A stretch of DNA of 64,000 bases from Ruminococcus flavefaciens (lineage in GTDB: Bacteria > Bacillota > Clostridia > Oscillospirales > Ruminococcaceae). The notes under the pieces were generated by a model. It made no database searches, was not told where the DNA came from, and was given only the letters and a program-made list of their open reading frames with translations. Shown here one piece after another: positions 1 to 7,950 of the stretch; position 1 is the first letter of the stretch, and every line of letters starts with the position of its first letter. The translations under genes were made by a program, and so were the position numbers. The stretch is from NCBI GenBank assembly GCA_902777125.1, contig CACYSQ010000004.1, forward strand, positions 47,470 through 111,469, written 5' to 3'.

Positions 1-345
1 CAAGGTACTGAGCGCATTGTTTATCCGCACAGTCAGCTCTGACTGCACACGGTTTATATTGTAAGGTATTGCCTCTACCGAGACTGTCCGACCGTTTTCA
101 TCATAGAGAACAGCTGCAAAATCGCTGTATGTAAAACGGTTTTCGGCAAGGAAGTCCGAAACGTTCCCGCCTATGAGCTCGTTTGCCGATGAACGTGCGA
201 GCTGCTCTGCCTGCATTGCCGCTACAGGTCTTAGCGAGCGTTCCGCCTTGAATATCGCAATGATAAGCAGGACTATTATCAGGACGAATACTGCACCTCC
301 TGCGACAGCTTTGCCGGAAAGCCTGTTTCTGCGGCGTCTTCTCAT
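1..345 (-). CDS. yunB: Sporulation protein YunB, N-terminal part (runs off the left edge)
   Basis: Not in ORF track. Read manually: RBS GGAGG then ATG at 345, open to the window edge: MRRRRRNRLSGKAVAGGAVFVLIIVLLIIAIFKAERSLRPVAAMQAEQLARSSANELI...YSDFAAVLYDENGRTVSVEAIPYNINRVQSELTVRINNAL. Basic N-terminus, one TM helix and a YunB-like pattern. Confidence 0.72.
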   Translation of the reverse strand, partial: MRRRRRNRLSGKAVAGGAVFVLIIVLLIIAIFKAERSLRPVAAMQAEQLARSSANELIGGNVSDFLAENRFTYSDFAAVLYDENGRTVSVEAIPYNINRVQSELTVRINNALSTL

Positions 346-435
346 AATATCGCCTCCCGGTGATATTATATTCCGCAGAACAGCAGAAAGTGACTTTCAG
401 AGAATAAAACGGGTCTGTTTTTTGTGCAGGAAAGC

Positions 436-1350
436 TCACTCCTGCGTTCCGGCATCTTCAGCGGCAGGCTTTGCTGCCTCCGGAACAGGCTTTTCCTTGC
501 CTGTAAACTTATAGACTACTATCAAGCAGACGCCTGTTACTGCAATTGCAACAGATACCGTCATGAAGAGCTCCGTCAGCCTGTAAAGCGCCTTTGTGTA
601 CGCACGGAAGACCTGCGGCTGCTTTATCGCGAAGGAATCGTAGTATTTATCTGATATGAGCCATGCACTCGGAATGATACCGATGATGCCGGCAATGAGA
701 GCTGAAACTCCGCACCAGTAGAAGACCTCGCATTTGCGCTTCCTGTGTATAACAAGGAGCAGTAAGATCAGGAATACTGCCGAACCGCAGGCTATTCCGG
801 TAAGAAGATACCGCTTGCTGTAGAGCCGCGAGAGCTTTCTCAGCAGACCGTGGCTGTTCATCGAATTGACCTTGAAGATATCACAGCAGTCGCCGATGTT
901 CTTGTAGGCGTTCTTTTTGGTGGCTTCAAGCTTCTTCTCGAATTTCTCGTCCTTTTCGTAGCCGGTCTCATCGGCATAGTCGTTGAAGAACTTGTCGAGA
1001 GCAGCCTCGAGCGCCTGATTTTCGGGGACCTTCGGTGCAAATTTACCGTTGTGTTCGAGAGCGGAATAGGTCTCCCTGATGTAGATCTCCATTACCTCCC
1101 GGACGTAGCTGATGCTGATATTATCGGTGTAGACCGATGCCGGGATACCGGTAGCAGGAGCTTTTTCCTTGTAGTATTTCTCGATAGCCGCAAGCGCTCT
1201 TTCGTCCACGGACTTCTTCTCCGCAAAGCTTACAGTCTTGCCGGCAGTCAGGCTGACATCGGCTACTAAAGCCGCAGCTGAACCGATAAGGCTGAAAACG
1301 AGCAGTACCGATATGATTATCGAGGGGATATAGGTGCTTACCTTTTTCAT
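436..1350 (-). CDS. Hypothetical membrane protein (N-terminal TM, soluble domain, about 3 C-terminal TMs)
   Basis: 304-aa ORF with hydrophobic segments at both ends; its ATG overlaps the sortase stop (ATGA). Confidence 0.8.
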   Translation of the reverse strand: MKKVSTYIPSIIISVLLVFSLIGSAAALVADVSLTAGKTVSFAEKKSVDERALAAIEKYYKEKAPATGIPASVYTDNISISYVREVMEIYIRETYSALEHNGKFAPKVPENQALEAALDKFFNDYADETGYEKDEKFEKKLEATKKNAYKNIGDCCDIFKVNSMNSHGLLRKLSRLYSKRYLLTGIACGSAVFLILLLLVIHRKRKCEVFYWCGVSALIAGIIGIIPSAWLISDKYYDSFAIKQPQVFRAYTKALYRLTELFMTVSVAIAVTGVCLIVVYKFTGKEKPVPEAAKPAAEDAGTQE

Positions 1351-2036
1351 TTTGAAGCCCCCTCTCCGGTGCCGACATAGAACTTTCTGCCGGTCGGCTC
1401 ACAGATAACGCCTATTCGTCCATCAGATGAGCCGAGGACGTTCTTCTTGCAGGTGTAGAGCGTGAGCCTTGTGTCCTCAGAGGGAACAACGTACTTGTTA
1501 TTGTTTTTATTGAATGAGATGAGTTCCTTGACCTTATAGGTGAACTCGCCGTAATTCGTCCTTATGGTGACGGTATCTCCGACCTTCAAAGAGGAAAGCT
1601 CAGAGAAAAAGGTGTCCTCATGGGCACTGATTACGGAATTGCCCTTGTCTCCGATAACCACAGAGCCTGTGGACTGACAAGCTCCTCTTTCGTAGAGCTG
1701 GATGTCGCAGCCCCAGTAGACCGGGACATCGAGCGAAAGCCTGTCGCTTTTGATAACAGCGTACATCTCGCCGTATTTTGGACGAATTATCTCTCCGTTA
1801 TCATAGGTCTTGCCGGAAAAATCCTCGACTATCTTGTTATCGCGAATGATAAGTCCGGAGCTTATATTCTCCGGATTGGTCTTGAGGTCGTCCATGAACG
1901 CGATGTTGAGGTAAACTTTTGCCTTATCATAGGGCTTTATCATGACTATCATGAGAATGCCGCAGACCAGCGAGGCGATTATCAGGGGCGTTACCGTGTG
2001 GAGTATTATGCTTTTCAGCTTAGAATTATCAGTCAT
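1347..2036 (-). CDS. Sortase, class D-like
   Basis: N-terminal TM; catalytic His (SAHEDTFF), Cys (LTLYTC) and downstream Arg (DGRIGV). Start placed at 2036 (ATGACTGA overlap with upstream stop); ORF track gives 2051. Confidence 0.9.
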   Translation of the reverse strand: MTDNSKLKSIILHTVTPLIIASLVCGILMIVMIKPYDKAKVYLNIAFMDDLKTNPENISSGLIIRDNKIVEDFSGKTYDNGEIIRPKYGEMYAVIKSDRLSLDVPVYWGCDIQLYERGACQSTGSVVIGDKGNSVISAHEDTFFSELSSLKVGDTVTIRTNYGEFTYKVKELISFNKNNNKYVVPSEDTRLTLYTCKKNVLGSSDGRIGVICEPTGRKFYVGTGEGASK

Positions 2037-2853
2037 TTTTCTCTCCGACACTACCCTTTCCGAAGCACTTTTTCATCAGTACCGCGACGGCCGCAGCCGA
2101 TACTGCAAACAGAACAGCCGCAGTTTTGAGCAGACCGCTCCTGTCATAGCCGGTGTCCTCGACGCTGTTGCCAGCGTGTGCAATGCCGATAAGCTCACCG
2201 TCCTCATTGTGCATAGCAAGGGAAATATTATCATCGCTTATCTCATTTACTGTCAGATTAACGCCCATTGCATCAGCAGCCTTAACGATATCATCAACAA
2301 CTTCAAATTTCTTATCCTGAGGAGCGGTTTTGAGAAGGCTGCGGTATTCCTCAGGCGAAAGATTATCAATGATTATCTGCTGCTGCTCAGGAGTGAATGT
2401 AGCGATATAGTTCATTTTGTCTTCGTAGGAAAGCTTTATGAACTCCTCACGGCTTATTCGGGTAAAGGTATTACCATTATTATCAGTAAGAGTTATCGTA
2501 CCTGCTTCCTTTGACGGCTCAGAAGGCTTTTCACCGGAAGGCACAGTAGTTACCGCAGTCGTAGTGGCAGCAGTAGTTGTGCTCATCGTCCTCTGAGGTC
2601 CTGTAGTTATCAGGTTATAACCATATTCATGCAGGATCTCTATCACAGCATCACAATAATCAGAATCATACTTCTCGGGATTAGAATAATACTTGTTGTA
2701 TGCCTCCTGAATAGTTTCTTCGGGATAGCCGTAATGTCTCGCAACAGCAGCAACATCGTCAACAGTCGTAGCGTTTGCGGCGAACGGGAACGCCAGCACA
2801 GCACACGCCGCGGCAGCCGCAGCTAAAGTGTGCAGAGCAAATCTGATCTTCAT
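2029..2853 (-). CDS. Secreted, putatively sortase-anchored surface protein (VEDTG sorting signal)
   Basis: Signal peptide ending AANA, Thr-rich linker, C-terminal VEDTG + hydrophobic stretch + KK tail. GGAGGA RBS favours ATG at 2853. Confidence 0.8.
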   Translation of the reverse strand: MKIRFALHTLAAAAAACAVLAFPFAANATTVDDVAAVARHYGYPEETIQEAYNKYYSNPEKYDSDYCDAVIEILHEYGYNLITTGPQRTMSTTTAATTTAVTTVPSGEKPSEPSKEAGTITLTDNNGNTFTRISREEFIKLSYEDKMNYIATFTPEQQQIIIDNLSPEEYRSLLKTAPQDKKFEVVDDIVKAADAMGVNLTVNEISDDNISLAMHNEDGELIGIAHAGNSVEDTGYDRSGLLKTAAVLFAVSAAAVAVLMKKCFGKGSVGEKND

Positions 2854-2919
2854 ATTTTCCTCCATTTCGGGTTTCAGCTTTTAGCGAAAAATCCACGGCA
2901 TGAGCCGGAATTAATAATT

Positions 2920-2948
2920 ATTATAACCTTTTTACAGCTCTATGTCAA
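2920..2948 (-). promoter_or_regulatory. SigA-type promoter of the sortase operon
   Basis: Perfect TTGACA-17 bp-TATAAT on the minus strand. Confidence 0.8.
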
Positions 2949-2974
2949 TAAAAACAGGCGCTTTTTCACGCAAT

Positions 2975-4018
2975 TTACACATATCCTCCGGAAAAGAGTT
3001 TCCTTCTGAGCAGCACAAGGTCGTAAACATCGAGCTTTGAATTGCCGTTGAGGTCGTAGGCTTTGTAGTTCTCAGCAGTTATCCTCTCCTGCGGTCTGCC
3101 GAGAAGATGTCCGGCAAGGCTGACAAGATCGGCAACATCATACTGCACTTCCGGCTGACCTTTTGAAGTGTCGGTCTCCCCTGTCGGGAGCTCAGTGCCG
3201 CTGATGTGAGCCTCCAGTACGCCAGCCCAGTACCTTCCCATTTTCTCATAGCCCTGCTCGTTCGGGTGAACGCCGTCATAGAGATCAGCTTTCATGTCCA
3301 CAACGCTGTGGATATCGGCAAAGCGGACGTCCCTGCCCTCACCCTGCATTTTTGCGGCAAGCGCCTTTATCGAGGCATTGTAGCTGTCGATGTGTCCCTG
3401 AACTATCTCCGCAAAAGCCTCGGGAGTGCTGTTCCACTTGACCTCGCCATAAGCCCATAGCCAGTCGCTCACAAGCGAAACGTCGATATCGGGGATAGTC
3501 GTGACGTAGACGGTCCGGCAGCCCTCATCGAGGATATAGGTTATAAGGTTCTCAAGTCGGTCCGTGATGCCGTCGTTGTAAGCGCTGAGGATATCGTTCG
3601 TGCCTATCTGAAGCAGCACGATATCAGGCGAAAATTTTCTGATATAGTCACCATTCTGCAAGGTCTCGAGAATGCCCTGACGAGCCTCCGTACCGTTCAT
3701 CTGCTGGATAGCATAGCCGCTGTATCCGGCGTAGTTGCCGTCATAGTAAACCTGCTTTCCCTTATATTCAAAGGTCTCGCTGTTCGAGCCCTTGGGTCCC
3801 ACGAGGTCGATGCCGGTATAGCCGTCCTCCGCAAGAGCACACCACATATATTTCCTGTAACCGCCCTGCTCCCAGTAGCCGTCCGTTATGGAATCTCCTA
3901 CAGGCATGACTTTGAGGAAGGTATTGTTCCCGCCCTCCGAGGCACCGCCCGGAACTGCCGGATAAGATATGAGAACTGACGCTGATGCAGCAAGCGCTGC
4001 CGTAAATCTTTTTAACAT
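2975..4018 (-). CDS. SGNH/GDSL carbohydrate esterase (CE3-like) with C-terminal dockerin
   Basis: Signal peptide; SGNH blocks GDSIT, AGYSG, QIGTND, DGVHP; C-terminal DLNGNSKLDVYDLVLLRR dockerin repeat. Start at ATG 4018 (ORF track GTG 4027). Confidence 0.85.
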   Translation of the reverse strand: MLKRFTAALAASASVLISYPAVPGGASEGGNNTFLKVMPVGDSITDGYWEQGGYRKYMWCALAEDGYTGIDLVGPKGSNSETFEYKGKQVYYDGNYAGYSGYAIQQMNGTEARQGILETLQNGDYIRKFSPDIVLLQIGTNDILSAYNDGITDRLENLITYILDEGCRTVYVTTIPDIDVSLVSDWLWAYGEVKWNSTPEAFAEIVQGHIDSYNASIKALAAKMQGEGRDVRFADIHSVVDMKADLYDGVHPNEQGYEKMGRYWAGVLEAHISGTELPTGETDTSKGQPEVQYDVADLVSLAGHLLGRPQERITAENYKAYDLNGNSKLDVYDLVLLRRKLFSGGYV

Positions 4019-4040
4019 GGATATCACCCCTTATGCACCT

Positions 4041-4069
4041 ATTTTACCACATCTTTATGCATTTTTCAA
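4041..4069 (-). promoter_or_regulatory. SigA-type promoter of the SGNH esterase gene
   Basis: TTGAAA-17 bp-TAAAAT with TG extension. Confidence 0.6.
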
Positions 4070-4116
4070 GCTCTGTGAAAAAACAAGTCTATTTCATAAA
4101 TGTTTACAAAATGTTC

Positions 4117-4145
4117 TTGATTTTCTTGATTATAGATGTTATAAT
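4117..4145 (+). promoter_or_regulatory. SigA-type promoter of the diguanylate cyclase/SBP operon
   Basis: TTGATT-17 bp-TATAAT with TG extension. Confidence 0.65.
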
Positions 4146-4180
4146 TAATTAAACGTTAATCCGTTCTCACAGGAGTTAAT

Positions 4181-5695
4181 ATGGATAAGGATATTAAAAT
4201 TAATGATCGTTCCGGAGCAAATAAACTCCGCCGGCTGAAAGCAGCCCTGATAATCGGCAATGCCCTCATAATACTGCTCTCAATAACCTTCGTGTCGGTT
4301 CTTGCTGTAAAAAAGACCGACAAGGTGCTCAAAAACAAGGTCAGCACTATGGCGACCTCCCTGAACGTGCAGATGAAGCTCAACCTCGAAAGCTACCTCT
4401 CGCGCATGGAGACCATTGCTACCCTCGCATTCGGTGCGGAGGAAGCCTATACATACGATGCTACCTCTCCCGATAATGATCAATTTGAGGCTATCAACAC
4501 TGAAAAGATCATTTCCGATAAGCTGTTCAGCCTTTGTATCATGGAGAATTTCGTGGATTACGGCATAGTCTACAGGAACAACAGAACTGTCGGCAAGATC
4601 TCCAACGGTACAAAAAATCTCTTCGGAGACCACATCTTCGACGACCTCAGTGCAATGATAACACGCACTCACGCTCATGACGGCTGGGCTACCGGCTACA
4701 ATGACGATTTCACAAGGATATACTACGTCAAGAAGATACACGACAACGCTATCCTCGTTATCTCGTTCTACGGCTCTGAGCTCGGAAAAGTTTTCGACAA
4801 CCCCGAGACTATGACCGGCATGGACGTCCGTCTCACTGACAATAACTACAACGTTATCTATTCCTCCCAGCGCGAAGAAGTCGGAAAGGTTCTGCAAGAC
4901 GATATCCGCAGCCGCGCAGAGGGCAAGAATTCCATGACGTTCATGGACGACCAGTACCTTATCACCGTCAATAACAGCGGCGAACACTGGTATGTCATCT
5001 GTTCTGTCCCGACAAAGATGATACTCAACGAGAAGAACGATATGGAGCTCTATATTCTCATGGTTGCACTTGCTGCGTCTGTTATCGCGATTTTGCTGGG
5101 CATCGAGCTTTCACTCCACATAACCGCGCCTGTTACCAACGTTGTTTCAACCCTCGACAGCAAGGCTCACAAGGACCTCCTCACAGGTCTGCTCAACAAG
5201 CGTTCTTTCGAGGAAACTGCCGGAAGCGCTCTTTCGTCCTCGCTTTCACTCTCTCCCCGTGCTATAATACTCCTTGACCTCGACAACTTCAAGGGCGTGA
5301 ACGATACCCTCGGTCATTCCTACGGCGACAAGGTGCTCGAAAACGTCGGAGAGATTCTCCGCAGAACATTCTCCGATGAGGACTACCTCGGAAGGATAGG
5401 CGGCGATGAATTCGCTGTATTTCTGAATTCTGCACCTAAGAACAAGGATATCCGCGAATACGTCACCGAAAAATGCGATCAGCTCTGCGAGGAATTCCGC
5501 AATAACTATACCGGCAGCGACGGCAGCTACAAGATCTCCGGCAGTATAGGCGTTACGCTCTTCCCTGCCGACGGCAGAGAGTATCCGGAGCTTTACTCAA
5601 AGGCTGATACCGCGCTCTATCACTCCAAGAAAGTCGGAAAGGACACCTATACTTTCTATTCCGAGCAGCTTGAAGGGGAGGCTGAGAAAAAATGA
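4181..5695 (+). CDS. Membrane diguanylate cyclase (TM, Cache-like sensor, TM, GGDEF)
   Basis: Two TM helices flanking an extracytoplasmic domain; DLLTGLLNKR, LDLDNFKGVNDTLGH and RIGGDEF motifs intact. Confidence 0.9.
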   Translation: MDKDIKINDRSGANKLRRLKAALIIGNALIILLSITFVSVLAVKKTDKVLKNKVSTMATSLNVQMKLNLESYLSRMETIATLAFGAEEAYTYDATSPDNDQFEAINTEKIISDKLFSLCIMENFVDYGIVYRNNRTVGKISNGTKNLFGDHIFDDLSAMITRTHAHDGWATGYNDDFTRIYYVKKIHDNAILVISFYGSELGKVFDNPETMTGMDVRLTDNNYNVIYSSQREEVGKVLQDDIRSRAEGKNSMTFMDDQYLITVNNSGEHWYVICSVPTKMILNEKNDMELYILMVALAASVIAILLGIELSLHITAPVTNVVSTLDSKAHKDLLTGLLNKRSFEETAGSALSSSLSLSPRAIILLDLDNFKGVNDTLGHSYGDKVLENVGEILRRTFSDEDYLGRIGGDEFAVFLNSAPKNKDIREYVTEKCDQLCEEFRNNYTGSDGSYKISGSIGVTLFPADGREYPELYSKADTALYHSKKVGKDTYTFYSEQLEGEAEKK

Positions 5696-6951
5696 TCTAT
5701 CCCAAACGAATAATGTGTCTTGTCTCAGCCGCCTCGGTACTGCTCTGCACAGGCTGTGCCAGCGACGAAGTGGTACGCTCACACAGGGAGCAGGTCGAGA
5801 TAACGCTCGCATGGTGGGGCAATGACGCCCGTCACGAGTACACTATAAAGGGCATCGAGGCTTTCGAGGAGCTCCACCCCGATATCAAGGTCAACCTGAG
5901 CTATTCTGAATGGTCGGGCTACGAAGCGCGTAACCGTGTCCGCATGATTGCAGGCTCCGAGACCGATGTCATGCAGATAAATGTCGGCTGGATAAAAGCA
6001 TTTTCCCCTGACGGCAAGGGTTATTACGACATAGAGGAGCTCGACAGCTATGTTGATCTTTCATCGTTCACCGAGGATAAACTGAACTACGGCAGAGTGA
6101 ACGGTATACTCAACGCCGTTCCGATCGCCATGAACGCCGAGACCGTCTACATCAACAAGACCATCTATGAAAAATACGGTCTATCCGTTCCACAGACATG
6201 GGACGATTACTTCAATGCGGCAAAGGTCATGAGCAAGGACGGTGTCTACCCTCTCTCCGGTGCGGGAAAGACCGTTTGGCTCTTGGCTATCGCCTATACC
6301 GAGCAAAAATGCGGCAAGACCATACTCGATGAAAACGGAAAGCTCAACTTCAGCAAGAACGACCTCCGGACGATGATAAGCTTCTACAAGGAGCTTGTCG
6401 ATAAAAAGGTCATTCCGCAAGTCGAGTTCTACGACAGGCTCAATATCAACAGCGGTGATTACGCCGGTACGATAGCATGGGTCAGCGATGCAAAGAATTA
6501 CTGCGGTACTGCGATAGATAACGGCTTCGAGGTGGTACCTGCTCCCTACCCTGCATTTTCAGCGGACAAAAGCGGTGACGGCTGGTACGCCAAGCCCGCA
6601 ACGCTCTACGCTATAAGCAAGAATACCGAACACCCGCGTGAGGCAGGTCTGCTGCTCGATTTCCTCCTCAACAGCAACGAAATGGCTCTGCTTCAGGGTA
6701 TCGAGAAGGGCATTCCCCTTAGCGAAAAAGCTCTCGGAGCTCTCGACGAAGCAGGTATGCTCTCAGGCTTGCAGTACGACGCTTCACTTGTAATGGACAA
6801 CAACACAAGAATATCCCAAATGGACCCGGCACTCGAAAATACTTCTGTGATCGATAAATACATAGATTTCTGCAACCTCGTCATCTATGACAAATCCACC
6901 CTCGATGAGACCGCGGAAGCCCTCTATGCTGATTTACAGAAAGATCTATGA
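5692..6951 (+). CDS. ABC-type sugar-binding lipoprotein, TogB (oligogalacturonide-binding)-like
   Basis: Lipobox LCTGC; LAWWGNDARHEYT, FSPDGKGYY and KPATLYAISKNTEHPREA..FLLNS..G.EKGIPLS resemble TogB from recall; ATGA overlap with the DGC stop. Confidence 0.85.
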   Translation: MIYPKRIMCLVSAASVLLCTGCASDEVVRSHREQVEITLAWWGNDARHEYTIKGIEAFEELHPDIKVNLSYSEWSGYEARNRVRMIAGSETDVMQINVGWIKAFSPDGKGYYDIEELDSYVDLSSFTEDKLNYGRVNGILNAVPIAMNAETVYINKTIYEKYGLSVPQTWDDYFNAAKVMSKDGVYPLSGAGKTVWLLAIAYTEQKCGKTILDENGKLNFSKNDLRTMISFYKELVDKKVIPQVEFYDRLNINSGDYAGTIAWVSDAKNYCGTAIDNGFEVVPAPYPAFSADKSGDGWYAKPATLYAISKNTEHPREAGLLLDFLLNSNEMALLQGIEKGIPLSEKALGALDEAGMLSGLQYDASLVMDNNTRISQMDPALENTSVIDKYIDFCNLVIYDKSTLDETAEALYADLQKDL

Positions 6952-6956
6952 TAACG

Positions 6957-6997
6957 AAAACAGGCTGTGCATACATCTTGCACAGCCTGTTGTTTTT
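6957..6997. terminator. Bidirectional intrinsic terminator
   Basis: 11-bp stem CAGGCTGTGCA/TGCACAGCCTG with A-run left and T-run right, between convergent genes. Confidence 0.85.
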
Positions 6998-6998
6998 C

Positions 6999-7232
6999 TC
7001 ATTCAAAGGAATCAAGGTCGATGTCCTTGAGAAGATCCTTGAGCTCGGCAAGCTCATCAGCGGTAAGCGTAACGCCCTTGCCCATTCTTGAATGATCGGG
7101 AGACCATTCGCGTATATCGTATTTAGGATCGTGATCGTTCCAGCTCACAAGGTTGAGCTCCTTCGTCCAACCCTTTGCATTCTCAGAAAGAACGCCTATC
7201 TTCTCTGTTATCTCGTATTTTAGCTCTGCCAT
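6999..7232 (-). CDS. ydbC: YdbC/PC4-like ssDNA-binding protein
   Basis: YEITEKIGVLSENAKGWTKELNLVSWND..PKYDIREWSPDH.RMGKGVTL signature; AAGGAG RBS before ATG 7232. Confidence 0.85.
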   Translation of the reverse strand: MAELKYEITEKIGVLSENAKGWTKELNLVSWNDHDPKYDIREWSPDHSRMGKGVTLTADELAELKDLLKDIDLDSFE

Positions 7233-7397
7233 TTCCGGCACTCCTTTCTTTGCAGCTATGAGACTGCGGTTCTGATTGCCCTTTCAGGTCAAACTTATTT
7301 TACCATAAATATTTTGATTTGTCCATACCCCGAATGAAAAAAATATTATTCTTCCGCAGTCAAAGACCTGCCGGCTGTTCAGCACACACTATCCGGA

Positions 7398-7427
7398 CAA
7401 AGCAAATGCCCCCGATAAAGGGGGCAT
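7398..7427 (-). terminator. Intrinsic terminator downstream of rnpB
   Basis: Stem AUGCCCCC/GGGGGCAU followed by UUGCUUUG. Confidence 0.65.
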
Positions 7428-7437
7428 AATTGCTGTA

Positions 7438-7782
7438 GTGACCAGACCGATAAGCCGGGTTCTGTCGTGTGCGGTAATTTATCTACGCTTACCGTCGCCG
7501 GCAAGCTCAAGCCGCCATTACTGTACGTCCGCCGAGCAGACGTTGAGACGCACAGTACCAATAGACGTTGCATCGGATAGGGTTTACATAGCAGTACAGT
7601 CTCCTGCACTCTGGTGAGCTCTTACCTCGCCTTTCCACCATCACCGTCCCGGAGGACGGCAGTATATCTCTGTTGCACTTGCCCTAAGGTCGCCCTCGGC
7701 TGCCGTTAGCAGCTACCCTGCTCTGTGATGCCCGGACTTTCCTCGTAAACTTAACGTTTCCGCTACCGCATGGTCTGCTCAT
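7438..7782 (-). ncRNA. rnpB: RNase P RNA (type A)
   Basis: Universal motifs GAGGAAAGUCCGGGC near the 5' end and GACAGAACCCGGCUUAUCGGUCUG at the 3' end; AAGUGCAACAGA; P1, P2 and P18 pairings can be drawn. Ends approximate. Confidence 0.95.
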
Positions 7783-7787
7783 GTAAT

Positions 7788-7816
7788 ATCTTACCATATT
7801 CCCGGGGATTTGTCAA
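7788..7816 (-). promoter_or_regulatory. rnpB promoter
   Basis: TTGACA-17 bp-TAAGAT immediately upstream of the P1 5' strand. Confidence 0.75.
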
Positions 7817-7950
7817 GCGTCACTGACATCGGAACACCACCCTTACATCAGATTGCGATATATCGGAAAAATATAGGGAAAACCGTTCCGGTGCACGAAA
7901 AATATACACGAAAAACAAGTTTTTGACAGCTCAGAACACAAACCGTGCCC

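Noticed and set aside
101-439. 112-aa minus-strand ORF in the track
   Set aside because: Overlaps the yunB frame (ATG 345), which has an RBS and a recognisable protein; this frame has no protein-like features.
7379-7609. 76-aa ORF in the track
   Set aside because: Lies inside the RNase P RNA gene and its terminator.
7797-7812. CCCGGG-centred sites resembling Noc or parS boxes (also near 31502 and 41744)
   Set aside because: At best 10 of 14 matches to the Noc consensus with poor symmetry, and no parS match; expected by chance at this GC content.
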